Shown: positions 29,029 through 32,000 of the stretch, in pieces
How positions within the stretch are numbered: position 1 is the stretch's first letter
Layout: each line of letters begins with the position of its first letter
Assembly: GCA_041659405.1 (NCBI GenBank)
Contig: JBAZYK010000001.1
Span: forward strand, 203,047 to 235,046
DNA length: 32,000 bases
Reading direction: 5' to 3'
From: Candidatus Altimarinota bacterium
Lineage (GTDB): Bacteria > Patescibacteriota > Gracilibacteria > UBA1369
The notes under the pieces: model-generated
Told to the model about the DNA's origin: nothing
Database searches by the model: none
The model's input: the letters and a program-made list of their open reading frames with translations, nothing else
Made by a program: the position numbers and the translations under genes

Positions 29029-29443
29029 TTACTGTACTTGAAATTCCTTTTTCATTTTTTCAACATTTTCTTTCGCATTAAAAAAAGCATCAATAAAGGC
29101 CTCTTTAGGAATATATCTGCCCTCCACTTTTTCTCTGATTTGTGTGAATTTCCATGCAATCAAAGGATCTTGGTAAATGTAGAATATCGCAACCTTTCGC
29201 CCCTTGTCCAATGATCTTTTAATATTTTTCTGATATCGTCGGGATCAATCCGTACTACTACTAATTTATTTTTTTTATAAGATTAAGTGAAAATTCCGTT
29301 TTTCCCGCACCTGGACTTCCAGCCATCAAAATAGTTGATGGATCTTCGCTAGGCCTATCACCATGAGGCGGACAAATAAAATCACTCGCAAATTTTGCAA
29401 GTAGATCTTTTGTTTCCTGTTTACAGTCTTTCCCAAAATCCAA
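29029..29443 (-). pseudogene. Zeta-toxin-like P-loop kinase remnant (frameshift plus internal deletion)
   Basis: Fragment 1 DPSTILMAGSPGAGKTEFSLNLIKKIN*; +1 frame continues KLVVVRIDPDDIRKILKDHW; fragment 2 GRKVAIFYIYQDPLIAWKFTQIREKVEGRYIPKEAFI. Confidence 0.7.
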
Positions 29444-29555
29444 TTTATGCGATTAACGTTTCATCCAGTTACATACCCGTTACATAAGAATTTGGCTTAA
29501 TTAGAAGGATTTATTCAATTTTCATAAAAAAGCCGAGATCCCGGTTACTTAAAAC

Positions 29556-31004
29556 TTATGCCCAAAAAGGAATATATTTGGCATGTTTTCTTTGCTCTGG
29601 ATCAATTGCCTTTATTAAACCTGCTTCAATAGTATCTGACATTATTCTTGAAGCCATTGGATAGTTATTTTCAGCGATGTTAAATCTATTTCTTAAAGAA
29701 TTATTGGTCATGGACTCATTAGAAATGTACTTTAAAACACAATGCTGATAGCAGGCACGTACCTTATCCTCCTTATTCATGCGAGTTAAATTTTGATAAG
29801 AATACAATGTTATTTTTGTAAATTTTTCTTGTGTTTGGAACTTTGGGCCAGGCAACTGATAAAGTTCAATACTGGTAATGACTTTATCTATGCCACTCCC
29901 ACGTTCTTCACAGATTTTAATCCTTCTCATAAACGCGGCCAATTCTTCATTTCTAGATTGAGGAGTATGATCAATAAATCTTTCTACACTAATCAGCGGG
30001 GCTCCAGGGTTGGTAGTTTCAATCCTGTCTTCAAAAATCTCAATTAGAGGACCTGTTCCCCTTTCGCTAAAATCTTGATGAATAAGAGCATTAGCTATAA
30101 TTTCCCTAAGCGCTATTTCAGGATACATTTTCTTCTCAATTCTTAAGGCCTTCTCAATTTTCTCATCACCGGGTAATTGGTTATTAACGTATTCAATTAA
30201 GCCAGCAAAGCCCACGGCATAGCCATTGTTGCCTTCTTGCTCTTTAATTGTTTGAACCCTGTCTTTTCCTTTGTAAATTATTACTCTTACAGATTTCCTC
30301 CTAATTGTTTCAAAATTTTTGAGATCTTTTGCAAAAAGAAGGGCACCAAGATTGGTAATATCATAATGATCAATATTCTTTTTTATTAGTTTGTCTTCTT
30401 CCATTTTTGTTAAAAATCCATTCGTATCCGATGGCAGTGGCTGATCTGTAAGGGAAAAATATCCAGAATAATCCAATAACTTTAAGACATCCTGAGGTGA
30501 TACGTTAGGTTGAGCAATTTCCTTCTCAAAACTCCTATTGCCACGGTTTAACCAAATTTTCTTTTCTTTTTCGGGAAAATCTTTAAGTTCACGAGTAATA
30601 CTGTTAATCCTCACATATCCTTTATTTTGAAACAATACCGGTCTATCAATTGCAGCAGGAACCTGGAATAAAACTATAAATTTCCCTTGGCACTCAAACT
30701 CATAAATTCTAAAATCCATTTTCGGATTGAGCATTTGAAAAATCCAATGCTCAATAAGTTCATTTCCCCTTTTTTCTTGTTTTGGTCTAAAAGTTGTTCC
30801 AACAATTTGATGGTCATGATCTTTTATTCCAAAAACCAAATAGCCAAAATCTTTTTCTAATAAATTAGCACTATTGGACAAGGCGGATATTCTCTCTCCG
30901 ATCACTTCCGGCTTATAATTATTTTCTTTAAATTCTACCCATTCGGTTTCGCTAGGATAGCTTAACAATTTCAGCAATAGCTCCTGTAATTGAAGAAGAT
31001 CCAT
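29556..31004 (-). CDS. AlbA_2 (Schlafen-like) domain protein with a RecG-like/HATPase C-terminal region; putative transcriptional regulator
   Basis: ETEWVEFKENNYKPEVIGERISALSNSANLLEKDFGYLVFGIKD and YPEIALREIIANALIHQDFSERG..IEIFEDRIETTNPG. Confidence 0.85.
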   Translation of the reverse strand: MDLLQLQELLLKLLSYPSETEWVEFKENNYKPEVIGERISALSNSANLLEKDFGYLVFGIKDHDHQIVGTTFRPKQEKRGNELIEHWIFQMLNPKMDFRIYEFECQGKFIVLFQVPAAIDRPVLFQNKGYVRINSITRELKDFPEKEKKIWLNRGNRSFEKEIAQPNVSPQDVLKLLDYSGYFSLTDQPLPSDTNGFLTKMEEDKLIKKNIDHYDITNLGALLFAKDLKNFETIRRKSVRVIIYKGKDRVQTIKEQEGNNGYAVGFAGLIEYVNNQLPGDEKIEKALRIEKKMYPEIALREIIANALIHQDFSERGTGPLIEIFEDRIETTNPGAPLISVERFIDHTPQSRNEELAAFMRRIKICEERGSGIDKVITSIELYQLPGPKFQTQEKFTKITLYSYQNLTRMNKEDKVRACYQHCVLKYISNESMTNNSLRNRFNIAENNYPMASRIMSDTIEAGLIKAIDPEQRKHAKYIPFWA

Positions 31005-31117
31005 AATTCTATGCTTATAAAATATTTTTTTGCGCTCAGTTCGCTGCTCAGTTTAATCCATCCACATTACAAAATTCTAAACGGATTGTGAAATCGACAT
31101 AAAATCGTTGAGTCTAT

Positions 31118-31289
31118 CTGTGCCCGTGCACAGGGCAGCAAACTTGTGCCCGGGCACAGAGTTCCGTTATTGTGCGCCATTACGCTGTTATTGCGCACTT
31201 TTGTTCGCATAATAAAAAACTCCGGTGGCGGGGCCTCGAACGGTGGCTTACTGCCGCGGAGGTGGATTTTGCCGCGAGAATTATGCGTA
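31118..31289. repeat. GC-rich dispersed repeat, copy B
   Basis: Diverged copy of 28681-28842 with a ~12 nt extra segment; contains the palindrome TGTGCCCGGGCACA. Confidence 0.7.
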
Positions 31290-31365
31290 TTCACCCTCTT
31301 TTTCAACTACCGAGAATTCCTCGATAGTTGATTTTTGATCAACCTCATTGGTGGAGTTGCAGCTT

Positions 31366-31700
31366 TTAAAATATTCTAGCCGCTTCCTCTAAAGCGGATG
31401 TAATAATTTTCTTAAGATCGTCATAATAGCCTTTATCCGCTGAGTTAAGTGCTTTTACATATTTGGTCCGTCCTGATTTCGTCTCTATTTTCAGTTCAAT
31501 AGGCGGAAGATCCAAGTTAAGCAAAATCATATTTATAAGCAGTCTACCTATTCTTCCATTGTAATCCACGAAAGGATGGATCCAGAGGAATCGATGATGC
31601 GCCCAAGCTAAAATCAGGGATCAGGTCGGATCGACCAATAATTCCGAAAGCGGTCTCTTTGTAAGTGGTTTCTCCCTGTTTTTTCCTTAAAATCATTTGC
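31366..31700 (-). pseudogene. Fic-domain protein, frameshifted remnant
   Basis: RC reads LAWAHHRFLWIHPFVDYNGRIGRLLINMILLNLDLPPIEL (Fic HPFxxxNGR motif); the upstream part QGETTYKETAFGIIGRSDLIPDF is in another frame, with an in-frame TGA separating them. Confidence 0.6.
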
Positions 31701-31872
31701 TCGCAAGCTTATGAAGAATTTTCCTTACCATCAGTGGTGTTGTTTGAGCATTCTCGGTTTTTGTCGTTCTGTAAATCATCTTTATTTCAAAATTATTGAG
31801 ATACGTCTGACGTTCTTTTTTTTGAGCTTTTTGATAATTCTTGAAAGCATGTGCGATTTTTGCCAGTTTCAT
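31693..31872 (-). CDS. Short hypothetical ORF (59 aa) upstream of the Fic remnant
   Basis: MKLAKIAHAFKNYQKAQKKERQTYLNNFEIKMIYRTTKTENAQTTPLMVRKILHKLASK; below the ORF-track cutoff; may be a broken N-terminal part or a small partner. Confidence 0.35.
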   Translation of the reverse strand: MKLAKIAHAFKNYQKAQKKERQTYLNNFEIKMIYRTTKTENAQTTPLMVRKILHKLASK

Positions 31873-32000
31873 AATATTATAGTTAAATCAAAATGATTAT
31901 ATCAGAAAGCGTTTTTGTTTAAAATAAGAAGTCCGGGGGCACTGGATCCGCCCGGTTTAATCCACGCACAGTAAAATTCTACGTCAACGTGACGCTCTAC

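Noticed and set aside
29008-29214. Plus-strand 68-aa ORF MSFSKVVLLYLKFLFHFFNIFF...
   Set aside because: Exactly opposite the zeta-like C-terminal fragment; its hydrophobic composition is a complement artefact.
28681-31330. CRISPR array or diversity-generating retroelement
   Set aside because: Only two diverged, widely spaced repeat copies; no regular short repeat/spacer pattern and no Cas or RT gene.
31067-31331. ORFs 31067-31306 (-) and 31146-31331 (+)
   Set aside because: Both lie within or across the noncoding GC-rich repeat copy B and have no equivalent in copy A.
31711-31896. Plus-strand 61-aa ORF MKNFPYHQWCCLSIL...
   Set aside because: Antisense to the minus-strand 59-aa ORF associated with the Fic remnant; no family or coding signature.

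Overview
This 32 kb window looks like chromosomal DNA from a Patescibacteria/CPR-type bacterium. That is an inference from the short AlaRS with a CGGPH editing motif and the DUF4012-like and DUF3352-like envelope proteins; it was not tested phylogenetically. Core genes: mutS (5'-truncated at the window edge), mutL, two envelope proteins, alaS, miaB, tRNA-Arg(CCT), eno, an NAD(P)H-hydrate dehydratase, a laccase-domain protein, glycosyltransferases, metK and ahcY. Accessory content is toxin-antitoxin rich: a type IV AbiE-like pair translationally chained to a TauE/SafE permease, a HicAB-like pair, a VapBC-like pair, a frameshifted zeta-like kinase remnant, an AlbA_2/RecG-like regulator and a decayed Fic gene. 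The most interesting signals are: (1) the abiEi-abiEii-tauE triple ATGA-overlap operon with a palindrome over its -10 box; (2) an in-frame insertion inside ahcY that carries a hairpin and a direct repeat; (3) a diverged ~165-175 bp GC-rich repeat with palindromic ends on both sides of the zeta/AlbA_2 segment; (4) an MBL-fold protein that has lost its metal ligands; (5) a methyltransferase-coiled coil-GT2 fusion with a collapsed GT domain; (6) a large Ser/Ala/Pro-rich, apparently membrane-anchored protein with iteron-like repeats upstream. I see no clear CRISPR array or complete transposon. No database searches were run; family names come from recognised motifs.
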